From the IMG/VR virus record IMGVR_UViG_3300026187_000020, positions 1 through 53,634 of that record: DNA of 53,634 nucleotides; one strand, written 5' to 3'. A program made the position numbers and the translations under genes. The notes below the pieces were generated by a model, which had not been told where the DNA came from, ran no database searches, and saw only the letters and a list, made by a program, of their open reading frames with translations. This DNA is from a virus (lineage: Duplodnaviria; Caudoviricetes). The stretch's first letter is position 1. The number at the start of each line of letters is the position of its first letter. Of the stretch, positions 26,627 to 36,386 are shown one piece after another.

Positions 26627-28198
26627 TTACTCTAAAATTTGAGGTTCATTTGCAGCCTGTGCTGGGCTTGTGACTAGAGGATCAGTTTGAATTTCTTGAA
26701 CCGCCTCTTCATCACTATAGTCAGCAGGTAAATAGTCATTATATTTTGCGATATTAACAAAGGTATTACGGCTAATAATACCCGTTTGGTACCATTCTGA
26801 AACAAGACGCATAGCACCTTCACCACCAACCATAGGTGCAAAGTCACTAGACATCTGGAATTCTACATCCATGCTGGTATATTCTGTACCATATTTCCAG
26901 TTAAGCATAAAAGCAATAACTTCTCTCATAGTGCCGGAGACTTTAGCGTTAAGCGTACCAAGCTGTGCTGTTTGGGAGGCATTGCGGATTTCCAACGCTA
27001 CGCCAGAAGCGGCCTGCTCAGGCGATAACATACGGATACCCATCTTAGCCATCTCTTCAACAGTAGCTTCAATAGCTCTATCCATATCTGAAAGTGCTGC
27101 AGTAGGTGTTTCCAGTACGCTAATACTCTCATCCTTACGTACACGAAGCCAAGTGCCAAGACCCGCATTTACAATGTTCTCAAACTCTTCATCAGTCATG
27201 TCAGACTGTACAACAGGTGTATAAGTAGCTGCGCCATAGAGCAAGTGGTTACGTCTTGATGTCTTGTTATACAAAGAGATTTCTCTATCAACAAGAGGCA
27301 TCAGAACAGGCTCTACAGGGTCATACTGACCATTAAGAGGCCAAGCGGGAATTCTGTTAAGTCTTTCACCAAACATAGTTGGGTAAACTGTATTAACTAA
27401 CGTAAAGTCTTTTGAGAACCCATCTTCGTAATCAGTTCGTGCGTCACCATTAAGAACTTTAACTTGATTATTGCTATTTTCATTTTCGTAGTAATCAATA
27501 ACAAGTTTACCCTGTTCATCAAGATAATGATCAGCAACACAATCTACATAGTTAGCGTGCCAAGGATTACTTTCTTTATAACGCTTCTTATAGAAACGAG
27601 TAATAAAGCGAGACAACATCTTTCTACGAGTAAGAGGATGTACATCTGTTTGAATGTTGATAACACTTTCCGCTTCCATAAGAACAGGATAAGGATTGAT
27701 CATTGCTCTTTCTTCAGGAGTCAGCATGTCATACTGCTCCTCAGTAAGCTCAGGATAATCAACATAAACCCATGCTCTAGAAGTTTGAAGTTCTTCCCAC
27801 AAAGAATTATCAAGGAAGTTAAACAAAGACAAACCATCAAGAGTAAAGTTAGTCTTAATCCAATCATAAGCTTCTTCAGGAAGTTCTTCTGGTAGTTTAA
27901 GATGAGAGTCTTTACGTAGCAAAGCACTAATAAGAACTTTACAATACTGTGCAGTTAATCCTGGGAGTTCTGCTTCTGCTTTATAGAAGTCATATTGCTT
28001 CTGAGTCATAGAAGGAGAGAAAGGAATCAGAATATTAGTATAGTCATACTCAATAAATTCATCATGAGCTTTAACGTTATCTTGTCCTTGAAGAACAGCT
28101 CTAGACTTTTTCCATAAAGGCTTTAGAGACTCATAGCTATCACTGGGATCAGCTACAGAAGTCTTCATACTCTTTGTTGGTTTAGTTAACTGTGCCAT
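26627..28198 (-). CDS. portal protein (DUF4055-like)
   Basis: 523 aa, first gene of the head module, SGVALEIR and ISRNTF motifs. Confidence 0.88.
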   Translation of the reverse strand: MAQLTKPTKSMKTSVADPSDSYESLKPLWKKSRAVLQGQDNVKAHDEFIEYDYTNILIPFSPSMTQKQYDFYKAEAELPGLTAQYCKVLISALLRKDSHLKLPEELPEEAYDWIKTNFTLDGLSLFNFLDNSLWEELQTSRAWVYVDYPELTEEQYDMLTPEERAMINPYPVLMEAESVINIQTDVHPLTRRKMLSRFITRFYKKRYKESNPWHANYVDCVADHYLDEQGKLVIDYYENENSNNQVKVLNGDARTDYEDGFSKDFTLVNTVYPTMFGERLNRIPAWPLNGQYDPVEPVLMPLVDREISLYNKTSRRNHLLYGAATYTPVVQSDMTDEEFENIVNAGLGTWLRVRKDESISVLETPTAALSDMDRAIEATVEEMAKMGIRMLSPEQAASGVALEIRNASQTAQLGTLNAKVSGTMREVIAFMLNWKYGTEYTSMDVEFQMSSDFAPMVGGEGAMRLVSEWYQTGIISRNTFVNIAKYNDYLPADYSDEEAVQEIQTDPLVTSPAQAANEPQILE

Positions 28199-28280
28199 AT
28201 TTATATTTTTCCTCTTATTAGAGTATATATTTATAATAATACATAATTACAATTAAATACCCTAATAAACCCAGGGGTTA

Positions 28281-28300
28281 TTCTTAAACGTCAGGTATTA
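28281..28300 (-). promoter_or_regulatory. phage RNAP promoter, class L (TAATACCTGACGTTTAA|GAA)
   Basis: Repeat copy upstream of the portal gene; predicted +1 at 28283. Confidence 0.85.
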
Positions 28301-28370
28301 TTAGGGAGGACCGCAGCCCTCCCTTTTAAGAGACTTTCAGAAAGATGCGATGTGCCAGTCTGTCTCTTTA

Positions 28371-28390
28371 TTCTTAAACGTCAGGTATTT
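28371..28390 (-). promoter_or_regulatory. phage RNAP promoter, class L (AAATACCTGACGTTTAA|GAA)
   Basis: Tandem copy 90 bp upstream of the previous one; predicted +1 at 28373. Confidence 0.85.
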
Positions 28391-29226
28391 TATCGTGTCA
28401 TGCGTTTGTAGGTTTTTGGACCCACGATGCCATCAGCTTTTAAGCCGTTATCTGCTTGCCAAGCCCTGACTGCCTTATCGGTCATTTTGCCAAATACTCC
28501 ATCTGGCGTTTGTCTAAGGACTCTTTGAACCTTTTTAACTGCTTCACCAGTAGAACCAATTTTTAACAGGATTGAAACTGCACCGGGCTTGTAAGTACCG
28601 TTGAGAACACTCATACAGCGGGCATAACGCTCTTTACGATCCCTCAAACCAATGTCGCCACCATTAATCTTTTTAGTTAACGCAGCAACATCGCCAGTAT
28701 CGGCAATATTGTTCAGATTTCGCTTGTCCCAGAACCAAAGGGCAGATGCCAAAGCACCTTCTTTAGTTTCAACCCACTTAGCAGCTTCTTCAGCTGTCAT
28801 ATCAAAGTCTTTAGCAAAAGCAGTATAGTTATTTCTGCCAGTAAGCTGTTTTAAGCCCCGTCCTCGGAACCGCCAGCCGTCACCTTCTTCGGTGTTACCA
28901 AGAGCGCCTTTCTTAGAGCGATACTCATCCATGTAAACATAGTTAGCAATTTTCTCCGGATTACGGGCATATTCCGCAGCGTCACGCTTGCCTTCACCAA
29001 AGTAACGACCAAAGACAGAGTTAAGTGCTTTTTCACTATAATTAAGGTTTTCTTCCAAAGCTTTGAAATCATTACTCTCATGACCAGCTTGCGAAATAAA
29101 ACCAGCAATCCGCTCAGGAGTATCAATGTCATACTTTTTAAATGCCTTATTCAGTTCTTTAGCCCAAGCTTCCGTTTCTTGATTACCCGGAATCATAGCT
29201 TTGAGTTGTTCAGCTGTAATTTTCAT
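28390..29226 (-). CDS. endolysin, GH19 catalytic domain with C-terminal peptidoglycan-binding domain
   Basis: FISQAGHES, EENLNYS, GDGWRFRGRGLKQLTGRNNY, TKKINGG; C-terminal DGVFG..T..AV..WQ...GL.ADGIVG..T. Confidence 0.95.
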   Translation of the reverse strand: MKITAEQLKAMIPGNQETEAWAKELNKAFKKYDIDTPERIAGFISQAGHESNDFKALEENLNYSEKALNSVFGRYFGEGKRDAAEYARNPEKIANYVYMDEYRSKKGALGNTEEGDGWRFRGRGLKQLTGRNNYTAFAKDFDMTAEEAAKWVETKEGALASALWFWDKRNLNNIADTGDVAALTKKINGGDIGLRDRKERYARCMSVLNGTYKPGAVSILLKIGSTGEAVKKVQRVLRQTPDGVFGKMTDKAVRAWQADNGLKADGIVGPKTYKRMTR

Positions 29227-29675
29227 TTCTTCCCCATAAACTTAGATACGGCTCTATTACCAAACCAAAATGAGATAATTGCTGCAAATAATGCTTGAGT
29301 TTCAGCATCAAACATTAAATTAACACCCATCATCCAATCTCCGCCATCTTGCATGACTTTAATCATAATTACGGCTTTCGTGGCCATGAATAAAGCAAAA
29401 AACAAATAGGTGATAACAGGACGGACAGATGCTGCCAGTCCAGCAGAAAATCCACTACTGGGGTTAGCATAGTTGTAAATAGCCTTTGTTTCTTCAATTT
29501 CAGCTTGCTTATCTAAGACCTTAACTTGAAGGTCAACACCTTGTGCGGCGAGCTCTCCTCTAATTTTTAGTTCTTCTAACTTGTGTTTGTGATCTTGTTT
29601 TTGCTTAAAGAAGTCTAATACCTGTGGTAAAAATGACGTACCAAAGCCAAGAACACTACCTAATAATGCAATCAT
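29223..29675 (-). CDS. holin-like membrane protein
   Basis: SVRPVITY and IISFWFGNR motifs, TM segments, ATGA-coupled to the endolysin gene. Confidence 0.75.
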   Translation of the reverse strand: MIALLGSVLGFGTSFLPQVLDFFKQKQDHKHKLEELKIRGELAAQGVDLQVKVLDKQAEIEETKAIYNYANPSSGFSAGLAASVRPVITYLFFALFMATKAVIMIKVMQDGGDWMMGVNLMFDAETQALFAAIISFWFGNRAVSKFMGKK

Positions 29676-30007
29676 TAATAATCCTCTTCTCTACTTTCTT
29701 TCTTAGACATATAGGCATTAGCACCAAAGAAAGCACCAAGAATAAGGCTAGTTGCAGGGAAATAAATAGAAGCCATACTACCTAAAATTTCTGCTGCGTC
29801 TCCAATTTTTAATAATGAAGCTGCAACAACAAAGAAAGGATAACCTAACATGCCAAACAAAACATACCAAACCATTTTTCTTTGTTGATCTCTTTGTGCG
29901 TCTTCGTCGTCTAACCGCCGTCTACGATCTTCAAACTCTAATTTTTGCCATTCAGCTTTGTCAATAGTGCCATCGCCATTAATGTCTGCTTTTTCAAATT
30001 CGGTCAT
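29675..30007 (-). CDS. EF-hand-containing two-TM membrane protein
   Basis: DINGDGTIDKAE loop followed by two hydrophobic helices. Confidence 0.75.
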   Translation of the reverse strand: MTEFEKADINGDGTIDKAEWQKLEFEDRRRRLDDEDAQRDQQRKMVWYVLFGMLGYPFFVVAASLLKIGDAAEILGSMASIYFPATSLILGAFFGANAYMSKKESREEDY

Positions 30008-30014
30008 GATTGCC

Positions 30015-30434
30015 TCACTTTAAAGGATTGTTGTAAAGTTCATCCATGGCTTTCCAGATATCATCAATTTCATTATCATAGACATCTAGTTTGTCGCCAA
30101 TACTATTAGTGATAGTTTCAGACTTTTCTACTTTAGATCTTAAATCTAATAATTGAGTTTGTTGAGATAAAATAGTCTGCATATTAGTAGTAAGTGTAGC
30201 CAGCTTTTCGCTTAACCCCCTAACATCATTATCTTGAATAGCTTGTTCAAGGGTTTGAACCCGGCTTTCAACATCTAATACAATCTCGATATTTTCTTCA
30301 ACACCATAAAATCTGTTTACAACATCATAACCATAATAAATTGTTCCGCTAATTGCGGATAAGATAGGCAGGGCAGCAGCAATGTACCACCCTTTAAAAG
30401 TAAACCTACCTACTTTTAATTCAGTATCTTCCAT
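30015..30434 (-). CDS. membrane-anchored coiled-coil protein (possible i-spanin)
   Basis: N-terminal TM segment followed by a heptad-rich region. Confidence 0.6.
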   Translation of the reverse strand: MEDTELKVGRFTFKGWYIAAALPILSAISGTIYYGYDVVNRFYGVEENIEIVLDVESRVQTLEQAIQDNDVRGLSEKLATLTTNMQTILSQQTQLLDLRSKVEKSETITNSIGDKLDVYDNEIDDIWKAMDELYNNPLK

Positions 30435-31243
30435 TAGTTAACCCCCTGAGAGGGCAACACACCATACTGATTAATATAAACACCAGCGTTATAAACATCC
30501 GCCGCTGTCTTCGTATCATTTGTTAAATAATTAGACCAACCTGCAGCAAAGCCAGCGTCTCCCCAAGTAATAGCAAACTCATCAACACTCTGAGTATAAG
30601 TAATAGCGGTATAAGTACCAACCATAAAGTTACCCTGAGCAGCATAGCTGTCAATACTTGCAGTCAATTCAGAGTTATTCGACGCTGCCATAAAAGCACC
30701 TGCTTGTTGGGCAAAGTATTCTACTTGAGAAACTGCTTCATTGTATGCGTCAACTTCTGCTGCTTGAATAGAGTATTCTTCAGTGACAAGCATTTCTTGT
30801 AAAGCAACTTGTTCGGGCTTAGTGTCTGCCACAGAGGCGGCTTCTAAAGTATTAGTAGCCATAGCAATTGCGCTAGTTGCATTAACTAAGTTATCAACTG
30901 CAATTTCTAAATTATACATAGCTGCCGAGGCTTCTTGCGAAAACAGCTGTTGGGCAGTTTGTGCAATAGCATAATCATACGCTAAAACATTAGCCATAGC
31001 ATCTTGATAAGCTATAAACATAGCTTGAGTGATAAGGGCTTCGTCTAAAGCTTGGTCTTCAATAACACCGCCGATAGAGGCGTAGCCAACAGCACCATTA
31101 GTAAGTGTAATAGACATTTCTAATCGCCCATCAATTACTTGCATACTGTTAATAAGACTATTCAGATAGTCCTGACCCTCTTGTGCTAGAGCTACGGAAC
31201 CGCTCAGAGAGAGAACCACGGTCAATAGGAGCTTCTTCAACAT
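30434..31243 (-). CDS. exported acidic alpha-helical protein
   Basis: Signal peptide MLKKLLLTVVLSLSGSVALA. Confidence 0.75.
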   Translation of the reverse strand: MLKKLLLTVVLSLSGSVALAQEGQDYLNSLINSMQVIDGRLEMSITLTNGAVGYASIGGVIEDQALDEALITQAMFIAYQDAMANVLAYDYAIAQTAQQLFSQEASAAMYNLEIAVDNLVNATSAIAMATNTLEAASVADTKPEQVALQEMLVTEEYSIQAAEVDAYNEAVSQVEYFAQQAGAFMAASNNSELTASIDSYAAQGNFMVGTYTAITYTQSVDEFAITWGDAGFAAGWSNYLTNDTKTAADVYNAGVYINQYGVLPSQGVN

Positions 31244-31823
31244 CTATAAGTTTCCTTCCTATAGCGAGCAAGCTATCCCAGAACTTTTTGTCTTTAGTAT
31301 AGCCTACAATATAAACATAAGGTTTTTCTCTATACTTTTCAAAAGCTTCTCTGCCAATAAGGAGTCTATTTGAGTCTACATCCATAATGGGGCAGGGTGT
31401 ATTTGATAAAGCCATAGCTTTAAAAACCTGTGCATCTCTACACATCAAGGAAATACCTGAAACTTGTAGGCCAAGCCCACCAATAGTTTGAGGTGTTCCT
31501 AATAGACGTGCATCTTTTCTTCTATTACATTCGGGATCTTGTGTCATCCCGCCTTCAGAGATACCTATAATACTTAACTGTAGACCTGTTGATTGAGGAA
31601 TAAGGCAGGAGTCATTCCCACCACCCCCCATAACTGTTGGACTTACTGCGGTCATAACAGGGGCAGGGTTGCCCGCCCCCGTTGCATTGTAATTATTAGT
31701 TGTGTTATTCGAATCTACAGCGCTGTCTTCGATGTTAGTATTTAGATCTCCTGTAAAATCATTGCTCTGGGCGTAAGCGGGGAGGCTTAACGCTAGCAGA
31801 GCTAATAAGAATATCCGTATCAT
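31158..31823 (-). CDS. exported Cys-containing protein
   Basis: Signal peptide MIRIFLLALLALSLPAYA; four Cys residues. Confidence 0.75.
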   Translation of the reverse strand: MIRIFLLALLALSLPAYAQSNDFTGDLNTNIEDSAVDSNNTTNNYNATGAGNPAPVMTAVSPTVMGGGGNDSCLIPQSTGLQLSIIGISEGGMTQDPECNRRKDARLLGTPQTIGGLGLQVSGISLMCRDAQVFKAMALSNTPCPIMDVDSNRLLIGREAFEKYREKPYVYIVGYTKDKKFWDSLLAIGRKLIDVEEAPIDRGSLSERFRSSSTRGSGLSE

Positions 31824-32055
31824 TCTTACACAACCTTTCTAGCTTTTTTAAGTCAAAACACAATAGTTCTATTGCTGCTTCTCTTTCACCTAGTACTGCT
31901 AAAGTCTTAGCTGTAGCATTTCTTTGACACACTATGTCATTTTTAGGACAAGCATCGGCGAAATAAGTTGGATTTGTTATTTGAGAACAACCTGGCAATA
32001 TAACTATAATGAAAAATATAAATCTAAGACTTATAGTCGGGATTAGATGTTTCAT
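31759..32055 (-). CDS. putative lipoprotein
   Basis: Hydrophobic leader with lipobox-like ILPG-C. Confidence 0.6.
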   Translation of the reverse strand: MKHLIPTISLRFIFFIIVILPGCSQITNPTYFADACPKNDIVCQRNATAKTLAVLGEREAAIELLCFDLKKLERLCKNDTDILISSASVKPPRLRPEQ

Positions 32056-32064
32056 TGGTCCTTA

Positions 32065-32337
32065 TCACTCCGGAGGTGTGGGCCAAACAATAGCACCGGG
32101 GAAGCCCTCTTGTAAAGTAATATCCCGCAGTTCTTGTCGGTAGGTTCTCCAAGCAACTTGATCTACAGGTGCGTCAGGAACTTGGGTCCAGTCACAAGAG
32201 AGAAGTCTTTTATTCCTCTCATACCTAGCTTCTTTTGCTCTTTTCTCAGCGTAATTTAGGTCAACTCGCTCCTCAACCTCACTCTGGGATAGTTCACGAA
32301 TAACTTTCTTGCCATGCACTAATTCGATTATAGTCAT
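32065..32337 (-). CDS. tail fibre assembly chaperone
   Basis: RNKRLLSCDWTQVPDAP...YRQELRDIT.Q.GFP..I.WP..P. Confidence 0.9.
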   Translation of the reverse strand: MTIIELVHGKKVIRELSQSEVEERVDLNYAEKRAKEARYERNKRLLSCDWTQVPDAPVDQVAWRTYRQELRDITLQEGFPGAIVWPTPPE

Positions 32338-35300
32338 TGCTGTGATCTCCGTTTGAAAAGCTTGACTACTCCGTCTATGAAAGTTCCAGATGCAGCTTTT
32401 AACTCTATACGGTCTATCCGCTCAGTCCCTTCTACTGCGATAGCCATTCCAGCAGACGTCATACCTAGCCATTGTGATTCAACATCTGTCGCAGTTGTTA
32501 CTTTATAGCGGAGAGTTACGCTCTCAGCTTGACTATAAGCTACGTCAGTATGTTTTCCTTCTGGGTTGATTAAGTTATAATACCCAAAAGAATAATTTAA
32601 GTTACTGCCAGAATCTCTCTGATCCACTACATCATCATGCCAGACGTTAGCGGTTTCTCTGTGTAGCATTGCCAAAATCGACGTATTGGTACTTAACAAC
32701 AAATTCGTCCACTCGTAACGGTACTCATAGCCTTCGTCCAAGATACCGGAACCAATGATTTGAACGTCGGGGTCTGTAGATCCGTCGTAAAGGACATCAA
32801 CAAGCTTCCATGTGTTGTCCAATGTAATTTCAGTAAGTCCTGAGAAGTCTGATAGGACGGACATATAACCGTCACCACCGTCACCGCCAACGCCAGCACC
32901 ATTATCTGAGGGGGTAGCGCCAGCGCCACCCGTACCTTTAGTCAACTTGACATAGGCCGAGTTAGAGAAACCACTTGTGTCAACAGTTTGGGTGACGACT
33001 TCGCCAGCACTACCTCCATAACCTGAATCACCGTAGTAGGTCTTGAAGGTGCCAAACTCAATATAGTCGGCGTAACCACCACCGCCGCCGCCAGCACCAA
33101 TTCCACCATTACCACCATTAGTCTGGAAGCCGCCGCCAGCGCCACCATTACCGTAAGGGGAACTTTCACCAGCAGTACCAGAAACTTTATAAAGGCTGTC
33201 TTGGTTGCTCAAGCCACCTGAACCACCAGTAGCAGTGATAGTAGTGTACAAAGTACCGCCGCTGTCAGGGTCGCCGTCATAGACCTGCACTGTCGTAGAG
33301 GTACCGTCACCTCCCGGAGAAAAAGCTGAGTCCCAAGAACGGTCAGAGCCTCGGCCACCTCCGCCGCCGCCGCCTACAGCAGTAACAGTAATACTGGGAA
33401 CGACACCAATATTCTGTTTACCATCCACAGAATAGACAGTAGCAGAGCTAGAGGGAGCACCAGTCCAGAGGGTAGGGTTGATTAAGTTAATACCACGGTC
33501 ATCTGATATGGTTATAGCACTTGGCGTAGCACCATCAGAGCTTACAGTAAGTTCAAAACCAATTTCACGGGCAGTACCACTGCCAGAAGCACCACTACCA
33601 TCCGCAGTAGAAATAAAGATTTCGCCAACATCGTTACTATCAGCACCAAAGTCGGTAACAAAATCTGTTGAACCTACAGTAATAATCTCGTAAGTCTTAC
33701 CAGTCTTGAATGACGTTGCAGCAACGTTCCCTTTACCCTTGCGGCCAAAGTAGTAGCCGGGAGTATATATATCGCCAGCAGCATTTTTACCACCCACAAA
33801 ACTGGAGGCTGCGTTCTCCATTGTTAGGGCTTCGTTAATAGTGACACTACCTAAATTCGCATTGATAGCAGCTAGGCTGGTCACATTCATGTTACCAGCA
33901 GTAATAGTTCCTGCTGCAACCTTAGTTCCAGTAATAGTACCGTTAACAAGCAAGTTACCGTCAATAAATTCAGCCTGGTATACCCAATTTCCTGAACTAT
34001 TTTGAATATAAGCTACAACTGTGTCAGTATCCGTACAAGCAATAATAAATCTATCATCTTGTACAATATCTAAATTACCACCAGTAGCTGCGTCCCACGC
34101 AGCATCAATTTCAGTTTGGTCTGGAGAAGTAGTTCCGTAATAAGTCTCTGCGTCTCTACTAGTGGTACTATCTTCATAACGCCACCAACCAGCACCACGA
34201 GACCCCGTGGCACCATCAGCGCCCGCCGGACCCTGTGGGCCTTCTGGACCAGTAGCACCATCTGCGCCGTCGTCACCAACAAACTTAGCCCAAGTACCAG
34301 TAACATCATTAATATCAAAATCACCGTCATATTCCCAATAAAGAACGTATTTTTGATCAGTTAGTGTTACAGTCTTATTAGTACCTGAAGAATCATCTGC
34401 ATAAATTGGTTTTACTTGGCCAACCGTCTTAAGCTGAACGCTTTGATTAGTAGTTGTAACACGATTGGAGATACTGCCTGAAATGGTCTTAGTACGAACT
34501 GAAAATTGATAATTAGCAGTTTGAAGTCCAGTAACATCAATAGAAGTTGAACGAGTAATGCCAACCATAAACCATGTTGTACCATTATCAGAAGAGCCTT
34601 CTACAATATACTCTGGCGAGCTAATACCTTCAACCCCAGTCCAAGTTACTTTTCCAGAAGCTGTGCCAAGATTATCTGCTGTAGTAGAAAATGAAACATT
34701 AGTAGGTAAGGGAATTTCAAAGTCTACATCTCTAATAACAGAATAGGCAATGTCATCTTCAACATTCCAAGCTAAAGTAGTATAATCAAATTTATAACCA
34801 GTAATTTCTACTGTAAAGTCATAATTAATCTTAACACTTTCTACTTTAATATACTCAGCAGAGGCTAAGCCTAAGTTATTTGATTGTAATGTGATAATAT
34901 CTCCGGGTTCTACTGTTAAGCCCTTTCTAGTAGTAACAAAGCTAATAGTATAAGAACTTCTAGAGCGTCTCACTTTTTCTTCAGCGTAGGCTAATGCCTG
35001 AAACTTATTAACTACTCCATCAGGATACAGAGAAGTATGCGCAGGGATATCATTATCTTCACCAAGATAAGTTGCATAGGTTGCAGATGTTAAGTTTGGC
35101 CAAGAGACTGTATCTGATTTAAAGTTCTCAAATTCATTGTTAAATGATACAGTAACGTGATTAAAACGTTCACCTGCTCGGGGCCAAGAGATTTGGACAC
35201 TTTCTCTAACAATGTCATCTTCAGTAAACGAATGCTTAGAATCAACAAGATTAGCGGTTTCAGTTTCATTCTCAGGATAACTAACTAGAAGCTTATACTT

Positions 35301-36386
35301 GCCCTCGCTATTCCAGAGGAAACTTGCTTGCCCCATACAATCAAGGAATCTGGTAATATTATCTCTTAAAGATTCTTCAGTATCAAGAGTCATATTACAT
35401 TCGTATAATTTAACAGTAGCTACACCCGGTGACGTTGTAGTTGAATAAGTCGGGATTCCTGAACCATCAACAGAAACTGAATAAAGTGTTTCAGTGTCTT
35501 CTGCAAAATAAAGATATCCTTCGTGATATTCATCCATATCAGATGTCGGAAAGGCAGAATAAGAGCTATAAGCAAAAATAGGCTTAATACCATTTACTTG
35601 TCCGCCATTCATAGCATCCACTAATACATCAGAGTCACAAACAGAAGCTGCATTATAGAACGACTCTAAGTCAATTTCAGAGGTTGTTAAACCCCTGCCA
35701 AAGTCATTATTTAAGAGATAATCTAGTAAACAATAAGCAGGGTTATTAGAATACTCGTAGGTTGAGTTTAAAGTATAACTACCGCCGCCGTTGTCAGTAA
35801 TCTTTCTAACTTTCCGCCCCTTAACTAAATAAGTAATATTAGGTGCGCCTCTGTATTGAGGGTTATCTCGGTTTAAGTTAAAGAAATTAGTAGCATATGC
35901 TGCTTTAGTAAACTTATTAGAGTTTGGAATACCATTTGCAAAAGCCGCAGCATCGTAAGTGCCGCCATTATTATGAATAGTAATTCTGTGTTGAAACTTA
36001 CTATTATTTTCTTCCATTTCTTTTCTTGTACCACGATAATCGATATCGTCAACAAGAACGTGTTGGACACCTTCAATACCTTCATAACACAATGCAGATT
36101 GTTGAATTAAGACTTTATTCTTTTCGCCAGAAAAAGTACTGTTAGCAAAATTCTGAGCAAATTGGGAATCAGAATTTTCAGTTGCAGAAGTATAGCCATT
36201 TTGAACTTTATACTTAACAGGAAACCCCGAAATAGCTTGCTTACCATAAACAATAGGGAGATTATTGGCCCCGCTTGGGCCTTTAATGTTTTGCCCCTTA
36301 AGCTTATCCAGTTCTCTTTGTTGTTTATTATATTGAGAAATTTGGTAAGCCGTAGACAAAATAAAGAGGACTGTTTCAATACCCAT
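32334..36386 (-). CDS. central tail fibre / host specificity protein (lambda J-like) with Gly-rich C-terminal domain
   Basis: LPIVYG, VKGRKV, YSNNPAYCLLDYL...FGRG, LTVEPGDII, FN3-like segment, IDGNLLVNGTIT. Confidence 0.9.
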   Translation of the reverse strand: MGIETVLFILSTAYQISQYNKQQRELDKLKGQNIKGPSGANNLPIVYGKQAISGFPVKYKVQNGYTSATENSDSQFAQNFANSTFSGEKNKVLIQQSALCYEGIEGVQHVLVDDIDYRGTRKEMEENNSKFQHRITIHNNGGTYDAAAFANGIPNSNKFTKAAYATNFFNLNRDNPQYRGAPNITYLVKGRKVRKITDNGGGSYTLNSTYEYSNNPAYCLLDYLLNNDFGRGLTTSEIDLESFYNAASVCDSDVLVDAMNGGQVNGIKPIFAYSSYSAFPTSDMDEYHEGYLYFAEDTETLYSVSVDGSGIPTYSTTTSPGVATVKLYECNMTLDTEESLRDNITRFLDCMGQASFLWNSEGKYKLLVSYPENETETANLVDSKHSFTEDDIVRESVQISWPRAGERFNHVTVSFNNEFENFKSDTVSWPNLTSATYATYLGEDNDIPAHTSLYPDGVVNKFQALAYAEEKVRRSRSSYTISFVTTRKGLTVEPGDIITLQSNNLGLASAEYIKVESVKINYDFTVEITGYKFDYTTLAWNVEDDIAYSVIRDVDFEIPLPTNVSFSTTADNLGTASGKVTWTGVEGISSPEYIVEGSSDNGTTWFMVGITRSTSIDVTGLQTANYQFSVRTKTISGSISNRVTTTNQSVQLKTVGQVKPIYADDSSGTNKTVTLTDQKYVLYWEYDGDFDINDVTGTWAKFVGDDGADGATGPEGPQGPAGADGATGSRGAGWWRYEDSTTSRDAETYYGTTSPDQTEIDAAWDAATGGNLDIVQDDRFIIACTDTDTVVAYIQNSSGNWVYQAEFIDGNLLVNGTITGTKVAAGTITAGNMNVTSLAAINANLGSVTINEALTMENAASSFVGGKNAAGDIYTPGYYFGRKGKGNVAATSFKTGKTYEIITVGSTDFVTDFGADSNDVGEIFISTADGSGASGSGTAREIGFELTVSSDGATPSAITISDDRGINLINPTLWTGAPSSSATVYSVDGKQNIGVVPSITVTAVGGGGGGGRGSDRSWDSAFSPGGDGTSTTVQVYDGDPDSGGTLYTTITATGGSGGLSNQDSLYKVSGTAGESSPYGNGGAGGGFQTNGGNGGIGAGGGGGGYADYIEFGTFKTYYGDSGYGGSAGEVVTQTVDTSGFSNSAYVKLTKGTGGAGATPSDNGAGVGGDGGDGYMSVLSDFSGLTEITLDNTWKLVDVLYDGSTDPDVQIIGSGILDEGYEYRYEWTNLLLSTNTSILAMLHRETANVWHDDVVDQRDSGSNLNYSFGYYNLINPEGKHTDVAYSQAESVTLRYKVTTATDVESQWLGMTSAGMAIAVEGTERIDRIELKAASGTFIDGVVKLFKRRSQQ

